Assembly (NCBI GenBank): GCA_947595235.1
Contig: CANQEP010000002.1
Span: forward strand, 1-61,763
Length of the DNA: 61,763 nucleotides
Direction of reading: 5' to 3'
Origin: an uncultured Clostridia bacterium
GTDB lineage: Bacteria > Bacillota > Clostridia > Christensenellales > UBA1242
The notes beneath the pieces were generated by a model. It was not told the origin of the DNA. It was given only the letters and a program-made list of their open reading frames with translations, and did not search any database. This document shows, piece after piece, positions 19,526-29,465 of this stretch; within the stretch, counting starts at the first letter, position 1, and each line of letters begins with the position of its first letter. The translations under genes and the position numbers were made by a program.

Positions 19526-21466
19526 ATGGCGAAAACGAGTTATGAAGCAAAGGATATTCAAGTTCTTGAGGGGCTAGACGCCGTTAGGCTTCGCCCCGGA
19601 ATGTATATTGGAACAACGGGACCCAAGGGGCTCCATCACCTCATTTGGGAGATTGTTGACAACGCCATCGACGAGGCTGCAAACAAGTTTTGCAACCGTA
19701 TTATCGTGACGCTCAACAAAGACGGCTCGGTCACCGTTGAAGACAACGGCAGAGGTATCCCCGTTGATATGCACCCCGTCTTAAAAAAGAGCGCGGTGGA
19801 AGTTGTTTATACCGAACTTCACGCGGGTGGCAAGTTCAATAACGAGAACTATGCCTACTCTGGCGGACTCCACGGCGTTGGCGCGTCGGTTGTTAATGCG
19901 CTCTCAAAGTGGTGCACCGTCGTTGTTATGCGCGACAACAAAAAGTATGAAATAAGGTTCGAAACCATCAAGAAAAACGGCAAGGTTAAGTGCGGGCAGG
20001 TTGTTAAGCCACTCACTGAAATTGGCAAGTCAACGTCCACTGGAACCATTGTCACTTTCATGCCCGACGATTCTGTTTTTGAGACCGTTGAGTTTAGTTA
20101 TGACACAATTTCAAAGAGGCTAAAAGAACTTGCGTTCTTAAATAAGGGCGTTGAAATCTGCCTCATTGACCAACGCGCTGAAAACGAGCAAGACGTTGTT
20201 TATAAATCTTATAAATACGACGGGGGTCTCAAAGACTTTGTTAAGTACGTTAACGAGGGCAAGAACATTCTCTATGATGACCCAATCATCTTTGAGGGCG
20301 AAGAGAATGGCATTAAAGTTGAAATCGCCATTCAGCATACCGACAGTTATGTTGAAAGCGTGTTCTCATTCGTAAACAACATCCCAACAACAGAAGGGGG
20401 AACCCACGAGGTTGGGTTTAGGTCGGGGCTAACGAGAGTGCTCAATGACCTTGCAAGAAAGAACGGCACTCTTAAAGACAAAGACAGCAACCTCATGGGC
20501 GACGACTTTAGAGAGGGTTTGACCGCTGTCATCTCCATAAAGATGAAGAACATCCAATTTGAGGGGCAAACAAAAACAAAACTTGGTAACCCCGAGGCAA
20601 AGCCCGCAGTTGAGTCGGTCACCGTTGCTGGCCTTAACAACTACTTTGGACTTCGCGGAACTGGAAAAGTCTTTTCAACAATTATAGACAAGGCTGTTGG
20701 AGCGGCAAAGGTTCGTGAGGCGAGCAAGAGGGCAAAGGACCTTGCAAGGCAGAAAAACAGCATAGAAAACTCAACTCTTGTCGGGAAACTTGCGTCTTGC
20801 ACGGGCAGAAACTATGTTAACAACGAACTCTTCATCGTTGAAGGTGACTCTGCGGGTGGAAGTGCAAAGCAAGGCAGAGACCGACACTTCCAAGCAATCT
20901 TGCCTCTTAGAGGAAAGCCACTAAATGCCGAGAAAAAGCGTATTGACCAAGTGCTGGCAAATGAAGAAATACGAACAATAATTTCTGCACTTGGTGCGGG
21001 AATTGGCGACGAGTTCAATATCGACAACTTGAAGTATCACAAGGTCATCATCTTGGCGGATGCCGACCAAGACGGCGCCCACATCCGCGCGATACTTATA
21101 ACTTTCTTCTTCAGATACATGAAAGAACTAATCAACGAGGGTCACCTCTATATTGGAACTCCACCGCTCTACAAAATCAGCAAAAAGGGCAAGAGCGAAT
21201 ACGTCTATTCAGATGTTGAACTTCCCGAAGCGGTTGAGCGAATTGGAGGAAAGCCATATAACATACAAAGGTACAAGGGTCTTGGTGAAATGAACCCCGA
21301 ACAACTTTGGTCAACAACCATGGACCCAACCAACAGAACGCTGGTGCGCGTCACCATTGACGATGCCGCTGAGGCAGAGAAGATGATAACCATTTTGATG
21401 GGCGACAACATCGAGGCGCGAAAGCAATACATAACCGAGAACGCAGATTTTAACAAAACAAACTAA
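19526..21466 (+). CDS. parE: Type IIA DNA topoisomerase subunit B (ParE/GyrB family; ParE favoured by partner and context)
   Basis: 646 aa. The GHKL ATPase region reads IQVLEGLDAVRLRPGMYIG and EIVDNAIDE. The Toprim motifs are EGDSAGG and ILADADQDGAHI. The tail reads QLWSTTMDP. The family call is secure; the ParE versus GyrB subtype is uncertain. Confidence 0.85.
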   Translation: MAKTSYEAKDIQVLEGLDAVRLRPGMYIGTTGPKGLHHLIWEIVDNAIDEAANKFCNRIIVTLNKDGSVTVEDNGRGIPVDMHPVLKKSAVEVVYTELHAGGKFNNENYAYSGGLHGVGASVVNALSKWCTVVVMRDNKKYEIRFETIKKNGKVKCGQVVKPLTEIGKSTSTGTIVTFMPDDSVFETVEFSYDTISKRLKELAFLNKGVEICLIDQRAENEQDVVYKSYKYDGGLKDFVKYVNEGKNILYDDPIIFEGEENGIKVEIAIQHTDSYVESVFSFVNNIPTTEGGTHEVGFRSGLTRVLNDLARKNGTLKDKDSNLMGDDFREGLTAVISIKMKNIQFEGQTKTKLGNPEAKPAVESVTVAGLNNYFGLRGTGKVFSTIIDKAVGAAKVREASKRAKDLARQKNSIENSTLVGKLASCTGRNYVNNELFIVEGDSAGGSAKQGRDRHFQAILPLRGKPLNAEKKRIDQVLANEEIRTIISALGAGIGDEFNIDNLKYHKVIILADADQDGAHIRAILITFFFRYMKELINEGHLYIGTPPLYKISKKGKSEYVYSDVELPEAVERIGGKPYNIQRYKGLGEMNPEQLWSTTMDPTNRTLVRVTIDDAAEAEKMITILMGDNIEARKQYITENADFNKTN

Positions 21467-21478
21467 TAAGGAAAGAAA

Positions 21479-24076
21479 ATGGATAAAGACAACGAAAACA
21501 TTGAAAACAAAGACGAGAAGTCGGAGCAAATCAACATTGACGACATTATTGACGGCGGCGGAATTGACGACCTTGTTTCGGGCGACACCGAAGAGGAAAA
21601 GAAAAATAGTCGCAAAAAAATCAAAGAGCAACTTTTGGTGTCGGCAAACCTTGGAAAGAATGTCATCAACAAGAATCTTGACGTCATCATGCACGAGAGC
21701 ATGCTCCCATACAGCGAGCACGTTATTTTGGACCGTGCTCTGCCAAGAGTTGAAGACGGCTTAAAGCCCGTTCAAAGGCGCATTTTGTATACCATGCATG
21801 AACAAGGGTTAACCCCCGACAAGGAGTACAGAAAGTCTGCAAAGATTGTTGGTGACTGCCTTGGTAAGTATCATCCTCACGGCGACACGTCGGTCTATGA
21901 TGCCATGGTTAGGCTTGCGCAAGACTTCAACCTTAGGGCTCCGCTTGTCGACGGCCACGGGAACTTTGGTTCAATCGACGGCGACAGCGCTGCCGCCATG
22001 CGTTACACCGAAGTTAAAATGGCTCCGCTTGCTCTTGAGATGCTCCGTGACCTTGAAAAGGACACCGTTCCTTGGCAATATAACTATGACGACTCTCTTC
22101 AAGAGCCCGTGCTTTTGCCAAGTCGCTTTCCAAATATTTTGGTTAACGGCGCAACGGGTATTGCCGTTGGTCTTGCAACAAACATTCCTCCGCACAACCT
22201 TGCCGAGACCATTTCGGGAGCGATTGCATATATCGACAATCCATACATCACCATTGACGAAATGATGAAAATTATTAAGGCGCCCGACTTTCCAACTGGG
22301 GGCTACATTGTTGGCTCAGACGAACTTAGGCAAGCCTACGAGACGGGCAAAGGCAAGATAACCATTCGTGCAAAAGTCCACATTGAGGGTGAGGCTGGAG
22401 AGAAGAAAAATATCGTTATAACCGAGATACCATACCAAGTTAACAAGGTCAAACTTCAACAGAAAATTGCTGAGGTGCGCGACCAACACAAAGAGACCCT
22501 TGGTGGCATAACAGAAGTTGTTGACGAGTCGGACAAAACGGGAATGCGTGTTGTTGTTAAGGTCAAAAAGGACGCAGACCCCGTCAAGATTCTTGACCAA
22601 CTCTTCAAACTCACAGATTTGCAAGTGTCGTATGGCATAAATATGGTTGCCATTGCAGATGGGCGCCCTCAACAGATGGGCCTTATTGACATTTTGGCAT
22701 ACTATGTTAACTTCCAGCGCGAAGTTATCTATAAACGAACAAAGTTCGACCTTGATGCCGCAAAAGAGCGTCAACACATTTTGCAAGGGCTTATAATTGC
22801 TGTTCGAAACATCGACGAGGTTGTAAGAATTATCAAGACCAGCGAGTCGGTTGTTGTTGCAAAGCAAAGGTTAAGAGAACGCTTCTCACTTAGCGAAAAA
22901 CAAGCGCAAGCAATCCTTGACATGAGACTTGCAAGACTGACGAGCCTTGAAGTTTTCAAACTTGAGCAAGAACTTTTGGAACTTGAAAAGCGAATTGAAG
23001 AGTTAACCAAGATAATTGCCAGCAAGAAGTTGCAGTTCGAGATTGTTAAAGAAGAAATGGGCGAGATAAGAAAGAAGTTCAAAGACTCTCGTCGAAGCGA
23101 CGTTATTGCTGACATTAAAGACTATGTTGTGCAAACAAGCGTTGGAACGGGCGCAAAGGGACCGATTGAAAACGTTGTTGTTGCCGCCACAGAAGGGGGA
23201 ACAATAAAGTCAATGCTCGCCAAGCACTATGCGCAAGTTTCAAGAGTTTGGAACGACAAGTCTAGCCTTTGCGAAGTCATAAAGTCTAGCGTTTCCACCA
23301 CCTCAGACAAGACCATACTTGCCTTCACAAACCTTGGCAACGCCTATAAAATCGAGCCTTCCAGCCTTCCAGACAGCAAGTTCAGAGACAAAGGCACGCC
23401 TCTTTCAAAACTCGTAAGTGGCGCCTTGGAAAATGAAAAAGTTGTCTTTGTTATGGACACCAAAGAAAATCTTTTGAATGAGGAGTTATTGTTCTTCACA
23501 AAGCAAGGCATGATAAAGAAAACGCCAGTCAGCGAGTATCAACTTCAAAAGTCAGCATATCAAGCCATCAAACTCAAAGAGGGTGACAGCGTCATCTCTA
23601 TTGAAGTTGACAAGCCAGACACAACCATCTTGTTCGTAACAAAAGAAGGCATGGGACTTAACGCAGAAAAGAGTGACATTCCAAGTCAAGGCAGAATTTC
23701 GGCGGGTGTTAAAGGCATCAACCTTGCCGAGACCGACAGTGTTGTCTTTGCAAAACAGATAACAAAAGAAGACAGCATCATCCTTGTTTCTAACAAGGCA
23801 TACGCAAAGCGCGTCAACGTTAACGAAATTGACGTGCTTGCAAGATACAGAAAGGGCGTTAAAGTGTTTGACCTCAAAGGCGAGAACTCAAGCGGAACAG
23901 AGATTGTTGGCGCGGGACTATACACCTCGGACGGCGACGTTATCACAGCAAGTGCAAATGGCGACTTCGCATCGCTCAGCAACAACACAATTGTTGAGGA
24001 CACTCGCGCATCAAGGGGCAAAAACCTCTCAATTGGAAGCGCAACCCTTGAAAAGGCTTTCATAAGAACATTCTAA
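21479..24076 (+). CDS. parC: Type IIA DNA topoisomerase subunit A, ParC-like
   Basis: 865 aa. [25 protein letters not shown] and AAAMRYTE (catalytic Tyr) are present. KPVQ and KSAK are ParC-type signatures. No GyrA box (QRRGGKG) was seen in the C-terminal domain. There is a ~65-aa acidic N-terminal extension. Confidence 0.85.
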   Translation: MDKDNENIENKDEKSEQINIDDIIDGGGIDDLVSGDTEEEKKNSRKKIKEQLLVSANLGKNVINKNLDVIMHESMLPYSEHVILDRALPRVEDGLKPVQRRILYTMHEQGLTPDKEYRKSAKIVGDCLGKYHPHGDTSVYDAMVRLAQDFNLRAPLVDGHGNFGSIDGDSAAAMRYTEVKMAPLALEMLRDLEKDTVPWQYNYDDSLQEPVLLPSRFPNILVNGATGIAVGLATNIPPHNLAETISGAIAYIDNPYITIDEMMKIIKAPDFPTGGYIVGSDELRQAYETGKGKITIRAKVHIEGEAGEKKNIVITEIPYQVNKVKLQQKIAEVRDQHKETLGGITEVVDESDKTGMRVVVKVKKDADPVKILDQLFKLTDLQVSYGINMVAIADGRPQQMGLIDILAYYVNFQREVIYKRTKFDLDAAKERQHILQGLIIAVRNIDEVVRIIKTSESVVVAKQRLRERFSLSEKQAQAILDMRLARLTSLEVFKLEQELLELEKRIEELTKIIASKKLQFEIVKEEMGEIRKKFKDSRRSDVIADIKDYVVQTSVGTGAKGPIENVVVAATEGGTIKSMLAKHYAQVSRVWNDKSSLCEVIKSSVSTTSDKTILAFTNLGNAYKIEPSSLPDSKFRDKGTPLSKLVSGALENEKVVFVMDTKENLLNEELLFFTKQGMIKKTPVSEYQLQKSAYQAIKLKEGDSVISIEVDKPDTTILFVTKEGMGLNAEKSDIPSQGRISAGVKGINLAETDSVVFAKQITKEDSIILVSNKAYAKRVNVNEIDVLARYRKGVKVFDLKGENSSGTEIVGAGLYTSDGDVITASANGDFASLSNNTIVEDTRASRGKNLSIGSATLEKAFIRTF

Positions 24077-24092
24077 ATTGCCCCATTATCAT

Positions 24093-24121
24093 TTGACCAA
24101 AATTTTTGCTTTTGCTATACT
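24093..24121 (+). promoter_or_regulatory. Candidate sigma-A promoter
   Basis: TTGACC, a 17-nt spacer, then TGc-TATACT. Confidence 0.45.
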
Positions 24122-24148
24122 AATTTTATAGATAATTATTTCTTTTAG

Positions 24149-26389
24149 TTGGGGCATACTAAAAAGGAGAGAAAATTGGCAGACAACAAGAAAAATGGTT
24201 CATATAAGACTGCAAGCGACTCGGCTCGCTCGTCTTCTGATGCCAAACTCTCCAAAGAGAACAAAAAAGAAGTTGAAAAACAACTAAGAAAAGAGCAAAA
24301 GAGACTTGAAAAATTAAAGTCCATGCCAAAGATTGTTCTTGACGAGGACAGCATACAGAATATCTCAAGCGCCCGCCTTGAAAAAGAGGCGCAAGAAGAG
24401 GCTCGCCTTGAAGAAGAAAGGTTAAGGGCAGAGAGCGAGCAAGCAAATGCAAATCCTCAAGAAGTTATTGACATCGTTAAGAGCGAAACAAAATCCGAGC
24501 CCACCAACACAAGTCAAGAAGTTGACATGAATGCTGGCGGTGAAGAGAAACAAAGCGAAGAGAAACAAACTGAAGAGGGCGACAAGACCTCAACTTCATA
24601 TGAGCAAAATATTACTACACCTGCACCAAATGAGCAAAATAGTGAAGGGGCGACCAGCGTTGCAAAAGTTGACCTTGACGAACTGAAACGCCTTCAAGAA
24701 GAAATAAAGAAAGAGCGTGGCGAAACCGACGAAGTTATTGACACGCACTACAAAATTAACCACGACGATGACGAGAACTATTCTTCAAGCGACAGTTCAA
24801 GTTACGCTTCAAGTGGCAATGAAAGTCCATCATATGAAAGCCATAACAAAGAAAATGGAACTGAAAAGCCAACCGAGAATAAAACTGAGACAGATGGTGC
24901 TTTAAAAAGTGAAGAACCAGCAAGTGAGGTGGGTGAGGACGAAGCGACCGAAACCCTGACTCAAGACGAAAGCATTACCGTTACTGAAGAAGATAAAAAC
25001 TACCGCGAGAAAAAAGAAATTGACAAACGCCTTAAAGAAAGCGACAATATTTCACGAGTTGACAAAGGTGAAATGGCTGCCCTTCTTAGAGAAATCAACC
25101 GCGAAAAAGGTATTGTTGAAGAAGATGACGACGCTTCAAAAAACGCAAATTTGACCGAAAATAATGAAAAAAACGCATCAAAACCGCAAAACGAGGGTGA
25201 AAATGCAGAAAATGAAAGCGTAGAAAACGAGAAAGAGACAGATAGCGAAGAAGAAAAAAGAGAGAAAGAAGAGCAAAAAAAGAAAGAAGAAGAGTTCAAT
25301 GAAGAAGTCATGACTCTTATTGACGACGGGTTCTATGCCGGTGAAGAAACAAAATTAGGGCCAGAGGAAGTAAAGGTCAAGTCTGACGAAAACTTGCCAC
25401 CCGAAGTCAGCCAACAAGACAACATCACCGACGAGGACATTGAGTCTCTTTTGAAAGAGCAAGAGGAAGAGGCAAAAAGGCAACTTGAAGAGGAACAAGA
25501 AGAAGACTACACTGGCATGACCGAAGAGGAGATTGCCGAGGCAAAACAAAGAAACCAAAAGTTCCGTGAACTTAAGCAAAGGTACAACGCAAAAGAGACA
25601 AGCATCGACGGCGATGTTGGTGACTACAAAAAGAACCTTGACTTTTCAATCAACACAAGCATAAAGAGGTTTAAAGTCAAACCTCCAAAAAAGCCATTCA
25701 TCATTGCGGCTAGTGTTGTTGCTATTTTGATGGTGGTTGCTGCTCTTATAACATATTTTGTTCTTAACCAACCAGAGCCACCAGTCGCACTTATAAAGAT
25801 TGAACTCTCTCAGCCATATGTAACTCAATATGTTGGTGAAGACCTTGACCTAAGGGGAATATATATTGAAAAGTACTATTCTAGTGGTGCAGTCGAAAGA
25901 GTGAAGGCAACAACCGACATGATATCAAGCAAAACGCCAAACATCTCAAGTGACTACGTTATAACCGACTACCGTCACGAGACCTTTGTTGAGTTCAAAA
26001 TAGACAAAACCGAGGCAAAGCGCCTTTCAATAACGCTCTATGAAATGATTGCAACCGAACTTAAGGCAGAGGTTTATCAAAGCGAGATTGTGGCAGGGCA
26101 AGAACTAAAATTTGAGAACATCCTTCTTTCTGCAACAATTTCTTATGGTCGTGACGGAGAGCCAATTGGCAGTCTTGGCACATCCACAGTCAAACTTGAC
26201 ATTGACCCAACAAAGATAAAGGCATTTATTGGAACTGAAGAGTTGACCATAACTGGCACGGGCATAGTTATTCCAGAGGGAGTGGTCTCGGTGCAATACA
26301 TAAAGATAAAATATCCAATATCTTCAAGCAAGTTCACCATTTCAGAAAATTTTGAGGCAGAAGTTCGAATTGAAGTTGTAAGAGGTTAA
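24149..26389 (+). CDS. Acidic low-complexity protein with a single TM helix and C-terminal Ig-like (Big_3-type) ectodomain
   Basis: 746-aa ORF. The likely start is the TTG at 24176 after AAAGGAGAG. About 520 aa are E/K/D/N-rich. The TM helix is FIIAASVVAILMVVAALITYFVL. The ectodomain then shows YVTQYVGEDLDLRGIYIEKYYSSG, typical of bacterial Ig-like domains. Confidence 0.65.
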   Translation: MGHTKKERKLADNKKNGSYKTASDSARSSSDAKLSKENKKEVEKQLRKEQKRLEKLKSMPKIVLDEDSIQNISSARLEKEAQEEARLEEERLRAESEQANANPQEVIDIVKSETKSEPTNTSQEVDMNAGGEEKQSEEKQTEEGDKTSTSYEQNITTPAPNEQNSEGATSVAKVDLDELKRLQEEIKKERGETDEVIDTHYKINHDDDENYSSSDSSSYASSGNESPSYESHNKENGTEKPTENKTETDGALKSEEPASEVGEDEATETLTQDESITVTEEDKNYREKKEIDKRLKESDNISRVDKGEMAALLREINREKGIVEEDDDASKNANLTENNEKNASKPQNEGENAENESVENEKETDSEEEKREKEEQKKKEEEFNEEVMTLIDDGFYAGEETKLGPEEVKVKSDENLPPEVSQQDNITDEDIESLLKEQEEEAKRQLEEEQEEDYTGMTEEEIAEAKQRNQKFRELKQRYNAKETSIDGDVGDYKKNLDFSINTSIKRFKVKPPKKPFIIAASVVAILMVVAALITYFVLNQPEPPVALIKIELSQPYVTQYVGEDLDLRGIYIEKYYSSGAVERVKATTDMISSKTPNISSDYVITDYRHETFVEFKIDKTEAKRLSITLYEMIATELKAEVYQSEIVAGQELKFENILLSATISYGRDGEPIGSLGTSTVKLDIDPTKIKAFIGTEELTITGTGIVIPEGVVSVQYIKIKYPISSSKFTISENFEAEVRIEVVRG
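25138..25200 (+). repeat. Copy C of the dispersed two-box element, embedded in coding sequence
   Basis: AAAAAACGCAAATTTGACCGAAAATAATGAAAAAAACGCATCAAAACCGCAAAACGAGGG. The boxes are 30 nt apart. It is read through as SKNANLTENNEKNASKPQNEG. Confidence 0.65.
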
Positions 26390-26390
26390 A

Positions 26391-26416
26391 AGTCCTAAAT
26401 TTTTAGGGCTTTTTAC
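26391..26416 (+). terminator. Rho-independent terminator
   Basis: AGTCCTAAA-ttt-TTAGGGCT hairpin followed by TTTT, directly after the stop at 26389. Confidence 0.6.
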
Positions 26417-26433
26417 TTTCAAATTTTTCTTGT

Positions 26434-26467
26434 ATTCATAAACGCGCCAGTTTATGAATATTTTTTT
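26434..26467 (+). terminator. Second hairpin plus T-tract (tandem terminator)
   Basis: Perfect 10-bp stem ATTCATAAAC-gcgcca-GTTTATGAAT followed by ATTTTTTT. Confidence 0.55.
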
Positions 26468-26597
26468 ATTAAGTCAAAATGCCGCAAAGATAAAGTGCAA
26501 AAACTTGCAAGAAAACAAAAATTCTTCGGTTTTTCGACAATTATATTTTTGGTTGGGCATGGGGCTATATTATAGAATAGGAGTGTTGCTACGCTTT

Positions 26598-27362
26598 ATG
26601 AAAATTTCATGTTTTTCTTTAAAACCCGTCAAAGTTTTTGTGTGTCTTTTACTTGTCTGTGCCACGCTTGGAGTCATGCTTGGTGTTACCTCATGTGAGA
26701 GTATATACTTTGGATACCAAGCACGAAAGGTACCTATCTATAGCGTTGACACGACCGAGAAAAAAGTCGCCTTGACCTTTGACGCCGCGTGGGGAGCGGA
26801 CAAAACTAGCAAAATCATAGAGATACTAAAAGAAGAGGACGTTTCGGGCACTTTCTTTCTTGTTGGATTTTGGAGCGAGAAATTTGCAGACAAGATAAAA
26901 GAGATTGACGAGGCGGGGCTGGACATTGGAACCCACTCAAACACGCACCCAAAGATGAGCACTCTCAGTGAAGAGAAGATGACCGAAGAACTTGAAAAGA
27001 GCATGGAACTTATAAAAAACGTGACAAACAAAGACGTTAAGTTCTTTCGACCTCCATATGGAGACTATAACGACCAAGTCGTTTCGTGCGCCGAAAAACT
27101 GGGACTTAAAACCATTCAGTGGGACGTTGACAGCCTTGACTGGAAAGGGCTTTCAAGTGACCAAATTCTTAGCCGAGTTAAGGCGTCGGTGAAGTGCGGG
27201 TCGATAATACTTTTCCACAACAACTCAGACAACATCTTGGAGGCACTGCCAAATGTTATAAAGTATTTGAAGGCAGAGGGCTACAAAATGGTCAAACTTA
27301 GCGACCTTGTTTATGAAGACAACTACGTTATTGACAACAATGGACTACAAAAAAAGAAATAA
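26598..27362 (+). CDS. Polysaccharide deacetylase (NodB domain), PdaB-like
   Basis: ATG at 26598. 254 aa with an N-terminal signal/TM (VFVCLLLVCATLGVMLGV). The NodB motifs are LTFDAAWG, GTHSNTHP and FFRPPYG, plus WDVDSLDW. Confidence 0.85.
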   Translation: MKISCFSLKPVKVFVCLLLVCATLGVMLGVTSCESIYFGYQARKVPIYSVDTTEKKVALTFDAAWGADKTSKIIEILKEEDVSGTFFLVGFWSEKFADKIKEIDEAGLDIGTHSNTHPKMSTLSEEKMTEELEKSMELIKNVTNKDVKFFRPPYGDYNDQVVSCAEKLGLKTIQWDVDSLDWKGLSSDQILSRVKASVKCGSIILFHNNSDNILEALPNVIKYLKAEGYKMVKLSDLVYEDNYVIDNNGLQKKK

Positions 27363-27385
27363 TTAAGATATCAAGGGGAAAATTT

Positions 27386-28108
27386 ATGAATAACAATTAT
27401 GAAAAAAACAATCAAGTTGTGATAAAGGGGAACATATACAGCGAGCCGATATACTCGCACAGCGTTATGGGAGAGGGCTTTTATGAGTTCGTGCTGTCAG
27501 TAAAAAGGCTCTCTGCCGAGGTGGATTATCTTCCAGTGACAATTAGTGAAAGGCTTTTGCCCGAAATTAAGGACACAAAAAGTGAGGTTGGCATCATTGG
27601 GCAACTGAGAAGTTACAACAAGCAAGAAAACGACAAGAGTAGGCTGATTTTAACCATATTTGCGCGAGAAATTGTGGACAGCGAAAGCCTTAACATCTCA
27701 AACCAAATCAACATAACGGGCTACATTTGCAAAGAGCCAATCTACCGCACAACTCCATTTGGAAGAGAGATAACCGATATACTCGTTGCGGTCAATCGTG
27801 CATATAATAAAAGTGACTACCTTCCATGCATTGCATGGGGACGCAACGCCCGATTTGCCGGCGACCTTGAAACGGGAGACAAGGTTGAGTTGACCGGAAG
27901 AATTCAGTCAAGGACATACCAAAAGAAGATTGACGAAAATTCTGTTGTCACAAAAACCGCCTATGAGGTTTCGATATCGTCCATAATGAGCGTTGTTGAT
28001 AGTGACAATGGAGGAGAACATATGAAAGACGACGAAGAAACAAAGTCCACCACCGAGATTGAGGACGAACTTTTCACCGAACCCGACGTTCACATCTCAA
28101 CAAGGTAA
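27386..28108 (+). CDS. SSB-like protein with two tandem OB folds and an acidic tail
   Basis: 240 aa. There are two similar ~100-aa units (NQVVIKGNIYSEPIYSH... and NQINITGYICKEPIYRT...). The C-terminus reads EIEDELFTEPD, reminiscent of an SSB acidic tip. Confidence 0.6.
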   Translation: MNNNYEKNNQVVIKGNIYSEPIYSHSVMGEGFYEFVLSVKRLSAEVDYLPVTISERLLPEIKDTKSEVGIIGQLRSYNKQENDKSRLILTIFAREIVDSESLNISNQINITGYICKEPIYRTTPFGREITDILVAVNRAYNKSDYLPCIAWGRNARFAGDLETGDKVELTGRIQSRTYQKKIDENSVVTKTAYEVSISSIMSVVDSDNGGEHMKDDEETKSTTEIEDELFTEPDVHISTR

Positions 28109-28117
28109 TTTAGTAAG

Positions 28118-28145
28118 AAAAAATGAGCGAATATGCTCATTTTTC
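28118..28145. terminator. Bidirectional terminator between the SSB-like and M16 genes
   Basis: AAAAAATGAGC-gaatat-GCTCATTTTT hairpin flanked by A and T runs. Confidence 0.7.
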
Positions 28146-29465
28146 TTTGAAAATTAGTTTTTTGTAGTCTTTTATGGACTTCACCTTTTTCTCATCAAAG
28201 TCACCCATGATTGTTATGTAGATGTCGTTATCCTTGTTAAACATCTTGTCAATAAAGTCTTTGCACGTCTTTTCGTTTGCCTTGTAAAGGTCCTTTCTTC
28301 GTGACTTTTTTGTGTTTTTATAGTATGGGTTGTTTTCGCGATAAACCTCGTAGGCGTCAAAAAGGAAGTTAGCGTCATCATCATTTGATGACGTGTCGGG
28401 CAAGTCCTCTTCGGTTTCATAGTTATATCTGAACGCAGATATGTCTCCACTTGAAACGTAGTCGGTTTTTAGGCGAGAAATGGAGTCACCAATTATATCT
28501 ATGATTTTTTCTACATTTTCTATTTGGCTTGTTTCAAAACTGAAATTGAAACTTATATTTTTTGCAATATGATTGCAATAATACGCGCTTGCGTGGTAAA
28601 TGAGCCCCTTTTCTCTCAGTTGATAAAAGTATAGTTCAGGCTTCATAAGAAGGTTCCATCTCACGATCTTGTGCGAAAAGTCGTTAATGTAGACTTTGGG
28701 GTCAGGAACATCTAACTTTATTGTAACAATGCACTTTATGGACTTGTTGTCGTTCTTTACTAGGTTTATGCCTTCCTTTGCAACTATAGGGTGGGGCTTG
28801 TAGGCAAGAATCTCGCCCTTTCTTTTTTCACTAATTTTAGAGAGAAAGTACTTTTTGCAAAGCCTTTTGATTTTATAAAAAGGAAGGGTGGAGGATGCGA
28901 ACATTATGAACTTGTTTTGAGTGAAGTGCTTGTTTTTATACTCCACAAAGTCTGCGGTTTTTAAGTTGTCAAGCACCTCATCCGTGCCGAGCAATTTTGC
29001 CGCTTCGTCTTCAATGCTCTCATACCTCTTTTCGCAAAAGAGATTGAAGTGCCGATACGTAAGGGTGCGCCTGTCTTTTTCACAGCGCATGGAACGTTCC
29101 TCTTTTATGACATTAGCCTCTTCTTTTATATTCCTTTGGTCAAATGTGGAGTTGAAGAGGAGGTCCGAGGCAAATTCAGCCCCCGCATCAAGTTTGCGGT
29201 TTGAGGTATAGTATTTGATAAGCATGAGAAAACAAGATGTTACCGCGTTAAGATAACAAACTTTGTTTCTGTCCTCAACAATTTGCTCGCGAGTTCGGTT
29301 TTTTGTGCCTTGAAAAAGCATATGCTCAAAGGCGTGAGGAAGGCCATTCTCAAGATAATTTGTGCCACAATGAAACCCCACATATATGGCACTTGCACTT
29401 CCACGTGGAAAATGCTTATAGACTATTGTTGCTCCGCTTGGGAACTTGTGTATTTTAACTCTCAT
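28137..29465 (-). CDS. M16 (pitrilysin/insulinase) family zinc peptidase
   Basis: 442 aa. The inverted zinc motif HxxEH is present in GLPHAFEHMLFQGT. The start overlaps the upstream stop (ATGA at 29462-29465). Confidence 0.85.
   Translation of the reverse strand: MRVKIHKFPSGATIVYKHFPRGSASAIYVGFHCGTNYLENGLPHAFEHMLFQGTKNRTREQIVEDRNKVCYLNAVTSCFLMLIKYYTSNRKLDAGAEFASDLLFNSTFDQRNIKEEANVIKEERSMRCEKDRRTLTYRHFNLFCEKRYESIEDEAAKLLGTDEVLDNLKTADFVEYKNKHFTQNKFIMFASSTLPFYKIKRLCKKYFLSKISEKRKGEILAYKPHPIVAKEGINLVKNDNKSIKCIVTIKLDVPDPKVYINDFSHKIVRWNLLMKPELYFYQLREKGLIYHASAYYCNHIAKNISFNFSFETSQIENVEKIIDIIGDSISRLKTDYVSSGDISAFRYNYETEEDLPDTSSNDDDANFLFDAYEVYRENNPYYKNTKKSRRKDLYKANEKTCKDFIDKMFNKDNDIYITIMGDFDEKKVKSIKDYKKLIFKEK

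Noticed and set aside
21311-21721. 136-aa and 79-aa minus-strand ORFs across the parE/parC junction.
   Set aside because: They are antisense to two strongly supported genes, with a low-complexity product and no RBS.
24300-25700. E/K-rich region of the acidic protein as a tandem DNA repeat or hidden array.
   Set aside because: Only compositional low complexity (GAA/AAA/GAG-rich) is visible. The sole extended match is the two-box element reported separately.
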